From Acanthaster planci (taxonomy: Eukaryota), in the NCBI RefSeq assembly GCF_001949145.1, contig NW_019091362.1, positions 1,991,838 to 2,055,837 on the forward strand: a stretch of DNA of 64,000 nucleotides. Direction: 5' to 3'. Below, one piece after another: positions 46,669 through 60,200 of the stretch (position 1 is the stretch's first letter; each line of letters starts with the position of its first letter). The position numbers and the translations under genes are program-made. The notes under the pieces were generated by a model. It ran no database searches. It was not told the DNA's origin and worked only from the letters and a program-made list of their open reading frames with translations.

Positions 46669-47014
46669 GTATTGAATATCCATCGTTAGTTTTAAAAGGA
46701 ACTATGTGAACTTTATCTCTCCTCATCTAAATGACTGAGAATCGGATATCAGCCCAATGTATGAATTGATTGTCAGAAATTATACGTGGTAGGCACAGAA
46801 TGAAAAGTACTACCCAATATGCAAATAATGCTGCCCAAGTGCGAATAACTCAAGAGATAACACATATATTCCATTGCCAGAGGCAAAGTTGAATAGCCCC
46901 GCTAAATTTGACCTTTAATTGTATGCAATTTTTAGAAATGAAAAAGGATGGATCTCCAGACAAAAATGAATCCCCGAAAATTCATTTCAAAACCGAGTTG
47001 GCATAATCTGCTAG

Positions 47015-47150
47015 ATCCATGTCTGTCTGTGTCAGGGGTATTCCCTGTCATAGTGAGTGGCATTTGCCACTCGAGTTCAGAACACGGCTACTGGTGTGGG
47101 AATGTCCAAATACTGATATGCTGTGGAGCCAATTCAATTGTCTAATCCTG
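47015..47150 (+). pseudogene. Decayed EGF exon inside gene 2
   Basis: ctag|ATCCATG acceptor as in gene 1 EGF exons; DPCLS...GICHSSSEHGYWC, then frameshifted EC; small insertions, stop, no good donor. Confidence 0.65.
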
Positions 47151-47208
47151 TCAAAGCAAACCTACAATCAGTTTTTGCCTGTGACTACCATTTTTCTCTG
47201 ATTTCCAG

Positions 47209-47331
47209 CCAAGTATGGTGAATGCCCTGAAGGGTTGGCTGGTATTTGTGTTGAAGGCTGTTCAACTGACAGCGATTGTGAGGGGGAGGAGAAGTGTTGC
47301 TTCAATGGTTGTGGTAAAGTCTGCGTGGAAC
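47209..47331 (+). CDS. Gene 2 exon: WAP four-disulfide-core domain
   Basis: ttccag|CCAA...GAAC|gtaagt, 123 nt; AKYGECPEGLAGICVEGCSTDSDCEGEEKCCFNGCGKVCVE (8 Cys, KxGxCP and CxxDxDC..KCCxxGCG motifs). Confidence 0.93.
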
Positions 47332-47550
47332 GTAAGTGAAAATGGCTTCAAGTGGAGCAAAATATGGACAACTAAAAAAAGGGGATTTATTTTTGTTCAC
47401 TTCAAGAATTCGGGAGGAGGAGCTACCGTGCCTGTTTACGTGGTAAGCAGCCGTATAAATAACTGAACTATTCGAGACAGTCAGCGTTGGAAACAGGAAT
47501 ATTAAAAATCAAAATGATAAACATCAGAAATCGTAAAATGTTGATCAATC

Positions 47551-48117
47551 TACACTGTTAACAAATATCTGTTAAATAACAGCAGATTCTATTGTCAGCT
47601 GCCATTACAGAAGTTGCTTTTTTTGGGACAGCACATTCCATCGTCAATTTTTCTGTGTATACTATCAGGAGATTCGTCTGTTGTACTACTATTATTAGAA
47701 AAAGTACACGGTTGTCGGGTTTTAAAACAATTGTGTTTGTCAGTGGAGGGTATTTCTTTAATAAAAAGTAACTAAAGATTTCTTATCAGCAACTTTTGAA
47801 TTCTGCGTGCATCAATATGCGGATGCTTTACGTATGTCTGTCCTCAGTTCTCATTGGCTGTATGCAGCCTGATGCTACTGTGTATTAACAGAAAAAGCAC
47901 AGACGGCTTGCTTATTATAACATGTTCCAGGACAGAACTTTAATTTAGCGAGGATCTGTCTGTAACCGAACAGAGAGGAACAGAGCAGAAAAATGTGTGA
48001 CGAGTGGAATATTTTGTTTATTTAGAGAATATTACGAAAGCCGTAATATCTACTGTCTTTCACTGAAATTTTCAACAGAAAAACAAGTTTTCAGTTACTC
48101 AATTTCTGTGCAGTGTA
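47551..48117. mobile_element. Possible non-autonomous DNA element
   Basis: TA-flanked CACTG...CAGTG termini with weak subterminal symmetry. Confidence 0.3.
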
Positions 48118-48304
48118 TTGTCAGTTAATTCAATTTTATTAATAAATTGATCAAACAGCCTTTTTATTGTAGACTTTGCATTACAGAAGAATTTCAGCCC
48201 TTCAGGGAGACGTTATTAAGACATGGTCAATCACAATCTTAAAAATGAGTTTATGCTGCGTTTTTAAAATGCTTATTTCATTTTTCTGAATTCTGCTTCC
48301 TTAG

Positions 48305-48388
48305 CTTGCGAACCACCACTCTGCCTAATGTACTGTAAGAACGGATTTAAGAGGAACAAGGTGGGATGCAGGATTTGCCAATGCGAGG
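48305..48388 (+). CDS. Gene 2 exon: antistasin-like module
   Basis: cttag|CTTG...GAGG|gtaatg, 84 nt (same length and phase as the gene 1 antistasin exon); PCEPPLCLMYCKNGFKRNKVGCRICQCE. Confidence 0.88.
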
Positions 48389-48429
48389 GTAATGATGTGA
48401 CTTCTTGCCCCTTTCCACCCCATTAGTCA

Positions 48430-48520
48430 AAATCAAACAAAACACAAACAAACCAACACCCCGACAAAAATATTAATAAATAAACAAACAAACAAACAAA
48501 CACCCAAACAAACAAACAAA
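48430..48520. repeat. (CAAA)n / (TAAA)n microsatellite
   Basis: Interrupted AAAC repeats. Confidence 0.8.
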
Positions 48521-49119
48521 CTCCACTTCACTTCTAATGTTTGTCTTGACCAAAATGTGTAGGTCACCCACCAACACGCCGACCCCTTCACTGCATTTTG
48601 TTTGGTCCTATCGATTGTTGGCGCACATTAGGCTACATTCTCAATGCCTGAGGGTGCATTTAGTTACCTGCCGTATGCCAGTCACCCGGCTTATATTCGC
48701 TCGGTAAATGCCACATAAGTTTCTCTACATAGCGGAAATTGTTGACGGGGCAGCTGGAGTTTTCTTTTCCCAAACAGTTTTAGTTTCCTGTCTTCGGATT
48801 GGTCGGTTACGTGCATATTTAATGATTGGTTCTCTACATGACAAACCAACATTATGATGAGAATGTTCCGTTCTCATATGTTTGTACAAGTTTTTAAAAA
48901 GAACTGTAAAACGAAAGAGAGAATTCGAACCTGCGATTTCAAGTTAGGAGTACTTCCAACCAATCCACACATTGGCTGCCAAACTCCGGTGAATTTGAAA
49001 CCTTTATACCAAAGATCGTATGGCGCCACTGCGCATGCGGCGCTATACCGTCTTTGTTTTATACCTTATCCACCCCGAGCTGAAGTGCACCCCCAATCGG
49101 CAGAAAGACAGGTGGTTAC

Positions 49120-49460
49120 AAGCGAGTACTTGTACGCGTTCTGCATGTGCACAGAGACCATACATGCCGCAATCCGGTTCGTGAGTGACTTTGTCACAAA
49201 GGCAAACGCGTCACGATTTGCAGGCTCTCATCGGATAATCGCTGAAGGTGCGCGTTAACTTCCGGTTCCATTGTTCCATGTAAAACAAAGATAGCATAGC
49301 GGCGCTGCTGCGCAGCGCTAAACTATCTTTGATGTAAACGGCGATCAATGCATGTAACCCTATAAGCCGTGCACGTGTGCAGTGGGCGTGGTTTAAACTG
49401 AAGTGACGCACGAACACTTACGAACCGGATAAAATTAGTTACACGTACTCAGCGTGCTCT
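49120..49460. mobile_element. Inverted-repeat element; one arm repeated at ~50855-50920
   Basis: ATCCGGTTCGTGAGTG / CACTTACGAACCGGAT inverted pair; TGTGCAGTGGGCGTGGTTTAAACTGAAGTG shared with ~50856. Confidence 0.55.
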
Positions 49461-50578
49461 GCGTCAAACGCACATTATACTTGCGCACCTCAGGGTGCAT
49501 ACCACCAAATGGTTGTATTTCTACGTGCGAGCTCATTAATATTTTGTGATCCCACGGGGTTTTTACAATAAGACATGCCATAATCAGGAGGCACCATAGA
49601 AATACTTTTATAAATCTCGAATTTGGGACTGATAGTTTCCCGTTCGGGGTATTTCTTTCACAAAAAGTCCAAAATTGCGGGCCTGTTTTGGATAGGGGCA
49701 GGCGGCTACATTCAGTAATGAGCGCTTAGTTTTACTGCCATTTTGGGGGTATCTTCCTTGAAAGCAAAACAAAAAAGATTTCGTGGCTAACCCCCATGAA
49801 ATCGAAACGAAAAGTGATCTTCTGGCCATAATCGTGAATTTTAAGTTCCAGTAAAAAAAGCAGGGGCCAACCTCTTCACGAGAGTCAACAGGCGGCGCTA
49901 TTTCGATCCAATTTTTCACTGTTTTCTATGGGTGCGTATTTGGTGTAGTGCAACCCTCACGGCGCGCCTATGCGGTGAGTACAAAAGAACCACGCACTCT
50001 TTTGTTCCGCTCGAAGCGGACTATATAGCCACTTCTTAAACCCGTGGACAAAATTATGCATAAGCACAGAGGGCGCCCTTTTTCGAAACTATTGGATCCA
50101 GTTTGGGAAAATATATGCGGGCCAGCTTGAACAGAAGAACTTGTTACTGGAAGTATTTTCCGCCAGGTGGCCCATACATGTAGACACAGCCCTGGTATAC
50201 GTTCTGTCACTCCTATATTGTTGTATTGTTATACATTGTGTCTTTTGAGGGCTGAGATCGCGTCACGTGATACATGTATTGAGAAAAACATTAGTGGGGA
50301 TATCTCTAATGTTTTTGCCCTCAGAATAAACAAAGAGAGAATGAGGCACACATGGCTGCAGTCGTTACATTGGTAAGTGCTTTAAAATACTTGTCAAAAT
50401 GGTCATCTTCGGTGGTCATTTTTTTTTAATTGGTTGAATAAATTAATATTTGTCTAACACAGAGACGTATAGTGAGCCTCTTGATGTCACATGTCTCCCC
50501 ACCTTTTATGTCTCTGAATTGGATATTATGGGCATACTTGATTCAATTAATTCAGACCTGTGAGCCGATTGTAACCGA

Positions 50579-51008
50579 TGTATAGAGGGATCCCAATACG
50601 ACGCTTTTAGCGTCGATCTGCGCACTTCCGCGTTTGAAAACGAGGCTGTATGTGTCTGCTTCAGTTCTTAATACGATCAGACGATTGGAAGTAAGGAGTC
50701 AGGACACAAAATATATAAAGGTATGTTAAATTCAGACTTTTCAGGCTGCAGAATTTTGTGGAAGAGTCTTTCAGGATGACTCAACACGTACAATCAAAAG
50801 AAAAAATAACAACAATTGACCGCGCACTAACGTACCTGCGATGGTCGTGTGTCTTGTGCAGTGGGCGTGGTTTAAACTGAAGTGGCGTCACACTTACGAA
50901 CCGGATACTCCATGTACTCCGCGGGCGTGCGCGACGAAGTTGAACACAGAGAGCCTCAGTTTCGATGCAGATATGCGCAGACGGCGCTAATGTGAAATCT
51001 CCCTATAC
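50579..51008. mobile_element. MITE-like element with imperfect TIRs
   Basis: GTATAGAGGGAT...TAGCGTCGATCTGCGCA versus TGCGCAGACGGCGCTA...ATCTCCCTATAC. Confidence 0.5.
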
Positions 51009-51117
51009 AAATTACAAGTCCCACACGTTCCACTATAGGTTAGACCTTTTGAAAGTATATCAGAACTAACGCATATAGGATAACTCGTCAAAATCTTAAA
51101 AACGTTCCCCCTTACAG

Positions 51118-51182
51118 ATTCAGTGAGCCTTGCAGACACCCGAAGGACGAACAACTTAATGGACAGGAATCTTCAAGTTTAA
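51118..51182 (+). CDS. Gene 2 probable terminal exon
   Basis: cccccttacag|ATTCAGTG...; if joined directly to the antistasin exon: DSVSLADTRRTNNLMDRNLQV*. An intervening stop exon (e.g. 50556-50720, DL*) cannot be excluded. Confidence 0.5.
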
Positions 51183-52610
51183 TGTTGTTTCGTTGCCTAT
51201 GTTTCATTGAATTTTTCAAAGGGAGTTGTATTTAGCAAGCATGAACAATAGACATTTTGTCTGCAGTATCAGTTTTATTTGGTTCAAGGCTCAGCTATTC
51301 TTTTGGTAAACTCTTTGAATATGTATTTTCAAGGCAGATTCTGTAGCCAGATTTTAATTCGGTGAATATTTAACTGTAGACGGCTGTCATGCCTACAGTC
51401 ATGGGAGACTGAAAATGCAGACTGGCTTTGGATAAGGCCATTTAAAATTTATTTTAGATTCACATCGAAGCCTGCTCTGGATGAAGGGATTTTTGTTATT
51501 CTTACTGCTGTTATTTTCATCTACGTTCGGTTTTTTTATTGGGGTTTTTGTTTATTTGTGCTATTTTACTTTGTTTGTATTTGTTTTTCATTTACTTTGG
51601 TGATTCTAATAAATTACTCCTTTTCTTTTCGGATCTTATGTTTTTTCAGAGCAGTATGCTCTTCGCTTTAAACATGACTGCGGGATCGATGTGCAACAAG
51701 GCTTCGTTACGTGAAGCATAGACTTTCAGGTATAATGAATAGGTCTATGCAGCGCGCCCCTACTGTAAATTGAACTACAGTAGTTAAGGCCTTTGTGTAT
51801 CATCCACACGACGCCTTTTTTGTTTCTCAAGCCAAATCCTGGGTTAAATAATTTTGTGAAAAAGTTTGTGAATTTTCAGATAATTACCCATTACAAATCG
51901 TGTCTTCCTCACACCTTCCTTTCCATCACAATTAAGAAATCTAATTGAAACAAGTTTAAGTTTATGTCCAGTGGCCGTAAATGTTACATAAAGGAGGGTA
52001 ATGTATTATTTTCCTTTCTTGCGCATAAGTTGACATGTTGGTCGAGTTCGGGCACCGTGTTCTTGACACGGGTTTCTTGTTCTCGCGCTCAAACGACGGG
52101 AACACGACTCAAGAACACTGTTCTCGGAACAGGATCACACACCAACTCCTCGTCAGGGTTTTACAGAAACACACAGAAAAACTCGTGAGATTTTGATTTT
52201 TGAACAGCAGCAAAAAAAGAGAGATTGTATACAAAGTTGGAGACAATAGAAAGTTTTGCAAAATTAACATTAATTATTTTTCACAAGATAGAAGTGAATA
52301 TTCTGTTTAAATAGGAAGAATTTAGCCCAGTTGTCCAAGCATTAACTCTCGAATAGTTTACTACAACATGGACGCTTGTCACAAACTAGGCCTACCAGCG
52401 ATGACCAATTGTACGTGACCGGCGTTCGAGCGGCCGACCCAAGAACGACAAATCAAGCTGTTTGTGAGCATACGAGAACATGCCGCCCGAACTCAGCCAA
52501 AGCTTTATATGTCGGAACAACTTCACGAGGGCGCCATTTACATGTCCTGACCTGGAAAATCGTTGGTCATTAGATGGCGCCTCATATAGTTGTTGGTCTT
52601 GGCGCATCGA

Positions 52611-53038
52611 TTAGGGCGCCCTTATTAAATTCTGTGGTTCTCATTTCTTTTACCACTTGAGATAAGATCTGTCGGTCGAAAAAAAGAAATTCTTAAAACC
52701 AAAATTCCGTGTTGCTGGTAAATCCCCTTGTACGAGTCCGGGTCAAGACAAGTGTAGGGCTATATGCACGAACCTCAGTGGGCAACGGAAAGGTGCGGTA
52801 TACCGAATGGTCACGCGAACGCCGACCGTCGCTGTTGGTCATTTGCGAAGTCGTAAGTTTTCAGGGCTTTTGTTTTCAAAGGTCATGCTGGCCAATTTTT
52901 TACCCTTCGTGTTTTTTTGGGGGGTAGGCGTTTTTTAGCAGGGTCGGTGGGGAAAAAAAGCTTTTTTTTCGGTGATCGGGAGTCCAAAATAGGGTCGGTC
53001 GGAAATGAGAACCATAGAATATAAAATGGGTACCCTTA
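52611..53038. mobile_element. MITE with ~37-bp TIRs
   Basis: TTAGGGCGCCCTTATTAAATTCTGTGGTTCTCATTTC versus GAAATGAGAACCATAGAATATAAAATGGGTACCCTTA. Confidence 0.75.
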
Positions 53039-56000
53039 TGATATGAACACAAATCCTTCATTCCTTTTCCTTGATCCTGGTCAAAAGTGTTGTAGATTTT
53101 TAGTTAAATAAAGAATTTAATTTTACTTTCATGTTCATTTACATAATTACGGCATAGTAGATGGAAGTCAATAAAATGAGTTGGTATTGATGTGAGAATT
53201 CAGCGAATATACATGTATAGGCCTATGTTCATGTAGTTTATTAGGCCCTCAGGGGTGGATCAACCTCTGGCTACTGATGGTGATCGATCTGTCCAACTGC
53301 ATGCTACAAGCAACATATCTATGCCCAGTTACAGATCTTTCAAACTGACCTAAAGCCTACAAGTTTTGAATGATTGATGAAATATTCTTTAAATCAAAAT
53401 TGTGGGATAAACATACTGCTCAACACCCCCCCAAAAAAATATAATATAATGATCTGCCTTATATAAGTCACCAGTATTCATTGCAGTTGCATATAAATAA
53501 ATAAAGTGGAAATAATGTTATCATACAAACTTCCAATGAAATTATCATACATTGAAGATATCATTTGAAAATCCAGTGCTTACAATGATTCATTTATTCA
53601 GTGGCGCACCCATGTTTGTCGGAGGGGTCACTGGTCCCCCCCTCCCGGGTTTGCGCCACGGGGACTGGGATTATTGCGCGGTTACATCAGAGTTGTAGTT
53701 TAAGATATTGGTGGAGCACGATGTCTTTTTATTAGAAAGCAAAAATAAAAATGGAAACCGTGGGGGAATCATGTCCCCCAACCCCCTTCCCTCGGTGCAC
53801 CACTGCACCCCCGAGGGGGTGGTGGTAAGTCACGGTGAATCTTTTTTCTGTGGGTATAATTTCGTAGTGAGAGCTGCTAGGTTGCTCTCTCGTGCTCAGA
53901 AGGCTCCCCTCACAACTCTGAAGACACTCGGCATTGGTCCAACAAAATCTAATCGCGGGAGGTGCGCATGCGGTGTCACTAACGTTTCCAGGTTCTTGTA
54001 TTTATGGCATACTTATCTTACGAGATATTTATGAAGTGGTGTAGCCCCTGCCAGCAATATTGAAGTAGCCTCCATCCGGATGATGTATAGGCCCTATTCT
54101 AAAAAATATCATTTACGATCAAACTAACCAGTCGGTCGAGTTAATGTTGTGTCCTCATGAACTGATATATTAAGAGATGAATCATTGATGTTAATACATT
54201 TTCAGATCTACCGTCTTCATTTCGTGAGCTCACTTCCTGGAATTTACGTAGCCGGTTTGCGGGTCTTCACACGCCATGTCATTTTAATTACCGTTTCTGT
54301 CGCTGTGAACACCATGCAGTTGCACACGTGTGACACGCTATCATGTGTCGGGCATGTAAACGTTGTAATCTGGGTTTATATTTATTCCCATGTCGAAACA
54401 TAAAGAGGGCCCCCTCGGCAATGAAAATGCAGAACGCACCTCGGCCGGCCAGGGGCTCTCTGCACGCTATACATGAGTGGACTCCCCGTCACTTACGTCC
54501 ACTCCGACAGCAAATCGTTCACGGGCGGCCGCAGAAAGCAAGGTCAATCAACTGGAAATCGAATCAAAAGGCTTCGTCTCAGTCATCGCCTTCGGGCGGT
54601 GATTTCGTTTTTTAGCTTCAGTTCCTTAATTGTAAATGTAGTGTCTTCACTTTTTGTATGCGGTTCACAGTCTGCTCTGTGTATAAACTTCAAAGATCTG
54701 AGTTTTCACATTGGGGTGGCTGTTTGAAGACTAATTAGATGCCTTGTGAAATGGAGTAATTTCTTCCCTTCTCGTCATCTTTTGTGATATTCTTACATTC
54801 ATCATCCTGCCGCTATCGAGTCATCCTCTCTCCAACTCCACTTCTTGTCTATGTGCCTATGTCAATGTTTGGTTGCAGCATCGTTTACTGTGTCTTACTC
54901 CTTTACAACTTCGCTGGTCCAATCGGCAACTATAGGTTGCGCATACTTGACCTCTGAACTTTAATATGCGTTGGCGAACATCGTTAATTTTTGTGACTCG
55001 AGTCCGTGCCGTTGAGTTATTGTAACGCAGTGACTCGATTCGACAGTCATGTTCTGGCATTTTTAGTTTTTACCCCTGGGAAAGTCACACCACATCTTAC
55101 CTTTGACGCTAAAAACACATGACAGTTGTGACTTGAGTCATTATAACTCTACATCAAGCGCACTGAAACGTGCCCCATGAGGCGGAATGGAACTCCTGAA
55201 TAAAATGTCAAATATAGCAAATTTGTATCCCATCACTTCACAGGTGCGCCGTCAGTTTTTTCTGCACGATATCGTCACTGAGCACAGTACATGTACATGT
55301 ATAATTCGACGCTTGTGACAGCAAGCCTCTAAAAATCATGCAGTGCAATCACAGCAGACAGATTTCAATATCCCATCGGACTGCTGCTTCTGTTGTTGCA
55401 AAGTGTGAGCAGACGATGAGATGAAAAGGCGGGAAAATCCGAGTTATGTCCACAACAAAGTTTCGGTTTCCTTGAAAAAAATTATTTGCAGATGTTGCTC
55501 TCTTCGTTTGTTGACATGATGCAGATGCAACTTTAAAGGAGTTAATCCTCAACGACTTTCACTCGGCCTTCGATTGTAAGAGTCAATGATTTTCGTAAGA
55601 GCTCCACATGTGAATGCTAGTACTATCGCAATCAGCTTCTGGTATCGCGTCTCATGAAATTTAATGAGCACCGAGTCTCATCCAAGGGAAAATCTGGACT
55701 GACCCGAAGGTGTCTTTTTATCGCTTCGATGGGTAAAATTAAAGAGCTGCGGTTTTTGTTTCCGATTTCTGCGGCTTGAACTTGCGAGATGCCCGCCAGG
55801 GAAGTGAGCTTCATCTCGATACGTGTCACGACGGGCCACACTGCGCCGTACACATGAAGTAAAAGTCACAATTCGCTATGATTGCAAACCGCTGTTACTT
55901 TCATCTGAATAAGATAAAAGGAATTCTTTCCATTTTTTCAACCGTTCAACTTAAAACTGATGCAAGTGTATTTGTCTTCGTCTGTGTTTATCAATGGTCA

Positions 56001-56998
56001 GAATTATTCACTTTACTGGACTTGTGGAACTAAATTATTTGCCGATGCTTGTGAACTTATAATAAATATTGATATAGATAAGCGAATGTGAAAAAAACAC
56101 AATGATACAATTAATCGCGACTGTCGGACAGACAACAGAATTTAACGCAACACCACTCGGGAGTGTGAATACACAGAGGTCCACAGCAGGGAAATAAACA
56201 ACAGATAAAAGAAACAAAAGTACGCAAACACATAGGAAAAATGAAATCGCTAAGCATTGACAAACAATCGAACAAAAATATAAGCGAACAAACGAAGAAA
56301 GCCGAACGGAACATTTACGGACAAACGATGACCGGAAGATTTCGTCAATAAGTTTATATGGAGCTAGAACAAGCAAGGAAGTAAGAAGAGCTGTCTGCCT
56401 GAGTGGAATCTGGTTTCCAGAACAAAAGGTTCTGATGGGCAATATCGTTGGTCAAGTATCCGCCATTGTCAAGAGACCAAGCCAGGGAGATTGAAAATTA
56501 TACATGATCCCGAAAATGCCCAATTTCTATTAGCAAAACTTATAAATATTGTCATTAATGTATGCGAAGATACGGTGTATATAAATTACCCTTCTCTCTG
56601 ATTTCATCACGTCACACGACAAATTTCAACCCTTTTCTCGTTTTGGTACTTCCTGACACAACTGCGCAACTTTTAATGACTGTTTTCTGAAAATTCACGA
56701 ATACGCATGCGCTGCATTCAAAAATAAACTGGCCTCTGACATTGTGTCATACTTTATTTAAAAAGCAAGGTTGAGTCAAGGTCTGACTCTTCACGATCAT
56801 TGTGGAGCCCTCTCGGGCCGCCAGCCGTTCAAATGACACCTTCCGGCTACTGTGCTGTGTCGTTTTATTTCCAAGGATATTATGGGTATCAGCATTGGCA
56901 CTCTCAACCTGTTCAAGTGTTCACCATTCATACCAGAAATTTTTTAATTCATTTTATACTGAGGAGACAAGACACAGGCACAGGATGTATCAAACCTC

Positions 56999-57242
56999 GG
57001 CCCTTTTCCAATACTCAACTTGGGCTCCGTCTCAGGCTTTGTTCCCAAAACCAATCCCCGATTGTGGGCCTGAAGCGTTTAAATTAAATTGGATTACTGT
57101 AATTTCTGGCTCTCTTGCATCTCATTTGATGTTTTGTGGCACTATTAGAGTAATTACTGCGCTTACAGCTTAAATGTCAGCTAGTTAAAAAAAAACAGTT
57201 GAAGCCTGAGACGGAGCCGAAGTTGAGTATTGGAAAATGGCC
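56999..57242. mobile_element. MITE, PIF/Harbinger-like (41-bp TIRs, 3-bp TSD CTC)
   Basis: CTC|GGCCCTTTTCCAATACTCAACTTGGGCTCCGTCTCAGGCTT ... AAGCCTGAGACGGAGCCGAAGTTGAGTATTGGAAAATGGCC|CTC. Confidence 0.8.
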
Positions 57243-60200
57243 CTCGGCTGGCTCTCGGCATGCAGTTGTTCAGTTATTTCAAACCTGACGGGAGTATTCG
57301 AGTTTGGGTCTTACATCCCTTCAGCCGATCTCACATCCACATCTCACGCAAACGAGTATCTTTATTCAGCCGGAACGGGTTCAGCGCTGAACTCGAGGTT
57401 GGCACTGTGCACGCAATTATGAGCACGTGTCACAACAAAATGCCGAGCCCTGACCTTGCAGACACCAGTGACGACTGTACTGGGCCGTAAATCACGCACA
57501 AACTCCCTGACGCACAGCATTGGACGCTGCTGTTATCGCAAGGTAAATCCCTTCAAAACATGTAAAAGCCCAGAGTCAATTTATACAGTTTAGAAGTCAA
57601 GAGCTGGGTCGTTTTTGTCACACGACTTCCACCGTAAACATTTGACGAAGCAGAAACAGTCAACGACCTGGAGGCCTGCAGTTTCAACATGGCTAACGAT
57701 CATCGAGGAATAGACAAAAAAATCCCAAAATGTTTCCTATGGCTGGACTATTATGCAGTTTCATAACTGAAAGCAAAAAAGAAATAAAAAAGAAGCACTT
57801 AACAATAGCCTACTTCTTCTTTGCTGTACGCTTCCTTGTTCAAACGGGGAAAAATCCCCTGTGTGCTTGGAATACACAGACCATGTTTACATGCTTTGAT
57901 CTGGCTTAACTCTATGGTATGCTTGATAAGATATCATTTCTAAAGGAAGACTACCGAGGTATGTGGCATAACCGCCGTCCTGTAATCCCCCACCCAAACT
58001 CGCTTAGACCCCCCTCCCAAACTCCAAACTTGGAGGGGCCGGTTTATTTTCTACAATTTCTTGGCGTCCTCTTGACGACGGCGCAGCGAGAAGCTCAACA
58101 GCCCATCACTGTCGTCAGTGACGATGGTAGCAGTATTAAAGGGGGTCGGAGGGGTTCAGTAGTTGCTTGTCAAACAGTGTAGCCGTGCAAACGCTCCAGT
58201 CGATGCCGTTCAATCAAGTCTTTTCCGCAATCGACGTCGAAAAGGCGGACAGACTGAGAAATTCAAGAAGGTAACGATTTCTTAGTTCTTGCTTTCAGGA
58301 AATTCTCGGGTTGCCTCGCACAGCTACAGTGCAGCGTTGAATTGTACTTCTGAACCACACATTTGAATTTATATGCTGAATCAACATTGATTCCTCCGGC
58401 GAAAAAAAATGCCAGAACACTGAGAATAATACATCGGTCAACTGAAACCAACACGAATATCGACCGAATGGCCGTTACATGTACCTTATCAGATAGCTTG
58501 AAACCCCGCCTCACTATCCTGGGATATGTGTATCATATTGTACAATGTATTTATACATGTATATGCCCAGTACTACGGACGAATGATAATGCAGGCTAGG
58601 GATTGGGCTGATCCCATGATTGACAACACTACGTAAGGGGCAGAACGGACCACTGCGGTCAACACTTTGTGAATGAAACTGCTCCACGCGACCAGTGTGC
58701 GTGGAGCGCTGCTACCTGCATGTCTCAGTGCGTACTCACTCCCAAGAGTTATTTGAAGAGGTTACCGGCGGACGCCAACTGTGGTACGGTCGTTTCCCAG
58801 CTTGTGGAGTAACTTGCCTTGGGATTGATTTGATGCACGTGGTAAATAGCAAAAAAGTGTCCCCCACACACGGGTCACTTCGTATAAAACGAGATAGCAC
58901 CTGGGTGAGTTTCTCAGATGATCAGTCGAGGAGGATCTCGGTGCGACTCACGGATGGTAAAATTGTAAGCCCCCATCTGATTTTCTGGGCTTAGAGAACA
59001 CTTTTTTCGTGTGAACCTGAGCCTGTCTGCGTTCAGGGCTATTGTAGTCCACACCGTCGTCACGGCACAGGTACATGTACATGTACGTCACGAGTGGAGC
59101 GCGTCATTACCGTGTCCCGGTGGTACAACATACCTCGAGAACCACGTGCATGAATGAAAGAGATAGGGCTCCCTGTGCCCCATTAACTCAAGTTGCAGGC
59201 GGAGTGCGGTGGGCTTACACGATATCCTGACACACCGGCGACCTCTACTATTGACTGACGCCACGCGGTCGTGCGTTGAAGCCTTGTTGGAGACTCACCG
59301 CGAGTCAGCGGAGCCGTGCGCGCACTGTATAGCTACGCCCCTGGCTCGTCTACTGAGGTGTTTCCCTTGACACCTCAGACAATTCAGCTAGGAAAAAGAT
59401 AGGACAAGTATGACAACACTGCTGGTCTAACTGTTCACCTAGGGAAAAAATTAGTGGGACCAAGCCCTTTTCTACCAACTCTGGTGGATGACAAACTGGC
59501 TTGTAGATTTGTTTTGACATGTGAGGTGTACCACCGTCGTTATTTACCAAGGCACGTGCAGCAGGTTGAGTGTACGTGGTTGAGCCCTGATCTAAATATG
59601 CCCATTCCGACTTGTGACGTGTGAACTGTTTCATGGTTGTGACGTGTGGGAATTGACAGGAAAAGCCCCCCAAAATGATGCGAAGAAGAGAGAGATTGAA
59701 CAGCCGTGAACTTGCTTCTCTCGCCCAACTTGTTCTGTTTTTGTGGTGGACCGTCAACGAGGCTTGCGGACAGCTTATCGGTAAGTACAGTCATGAGTCT
59801 TATTTTAAAACCGTTATCAGGTCGTAATTAATCATCGGCATTGATTTCCTGAATTGTTGTTTCGATTCTTACAGACACGACGAGACGGGCTGAAGAAAAA
59901 ACCGTTCCGCTGTGTTTGTTTCATGTAAAACTTCCGTGTTTTCTTTCTAGCCCTAGGTTTGATATATGTATTTAAATGACATAAGCATAACTGTTATGAG
60001 CAGTGATGAGGCCACGACGGAACTATTAAATAATGTAGTGTAATTGCTGCTGATGACAATAAAACAGTTTTGCGCATAACATATCAGCCTGCAAAATAAT
60101 CATGTTGGCCACTTTCTTCATGGGTGGGCCATTTTTTCTTCTTGTGTACATCCTGCACCCAGTTTTTTCCACTTATTTCCCGGCAGCATCATTCAACATA

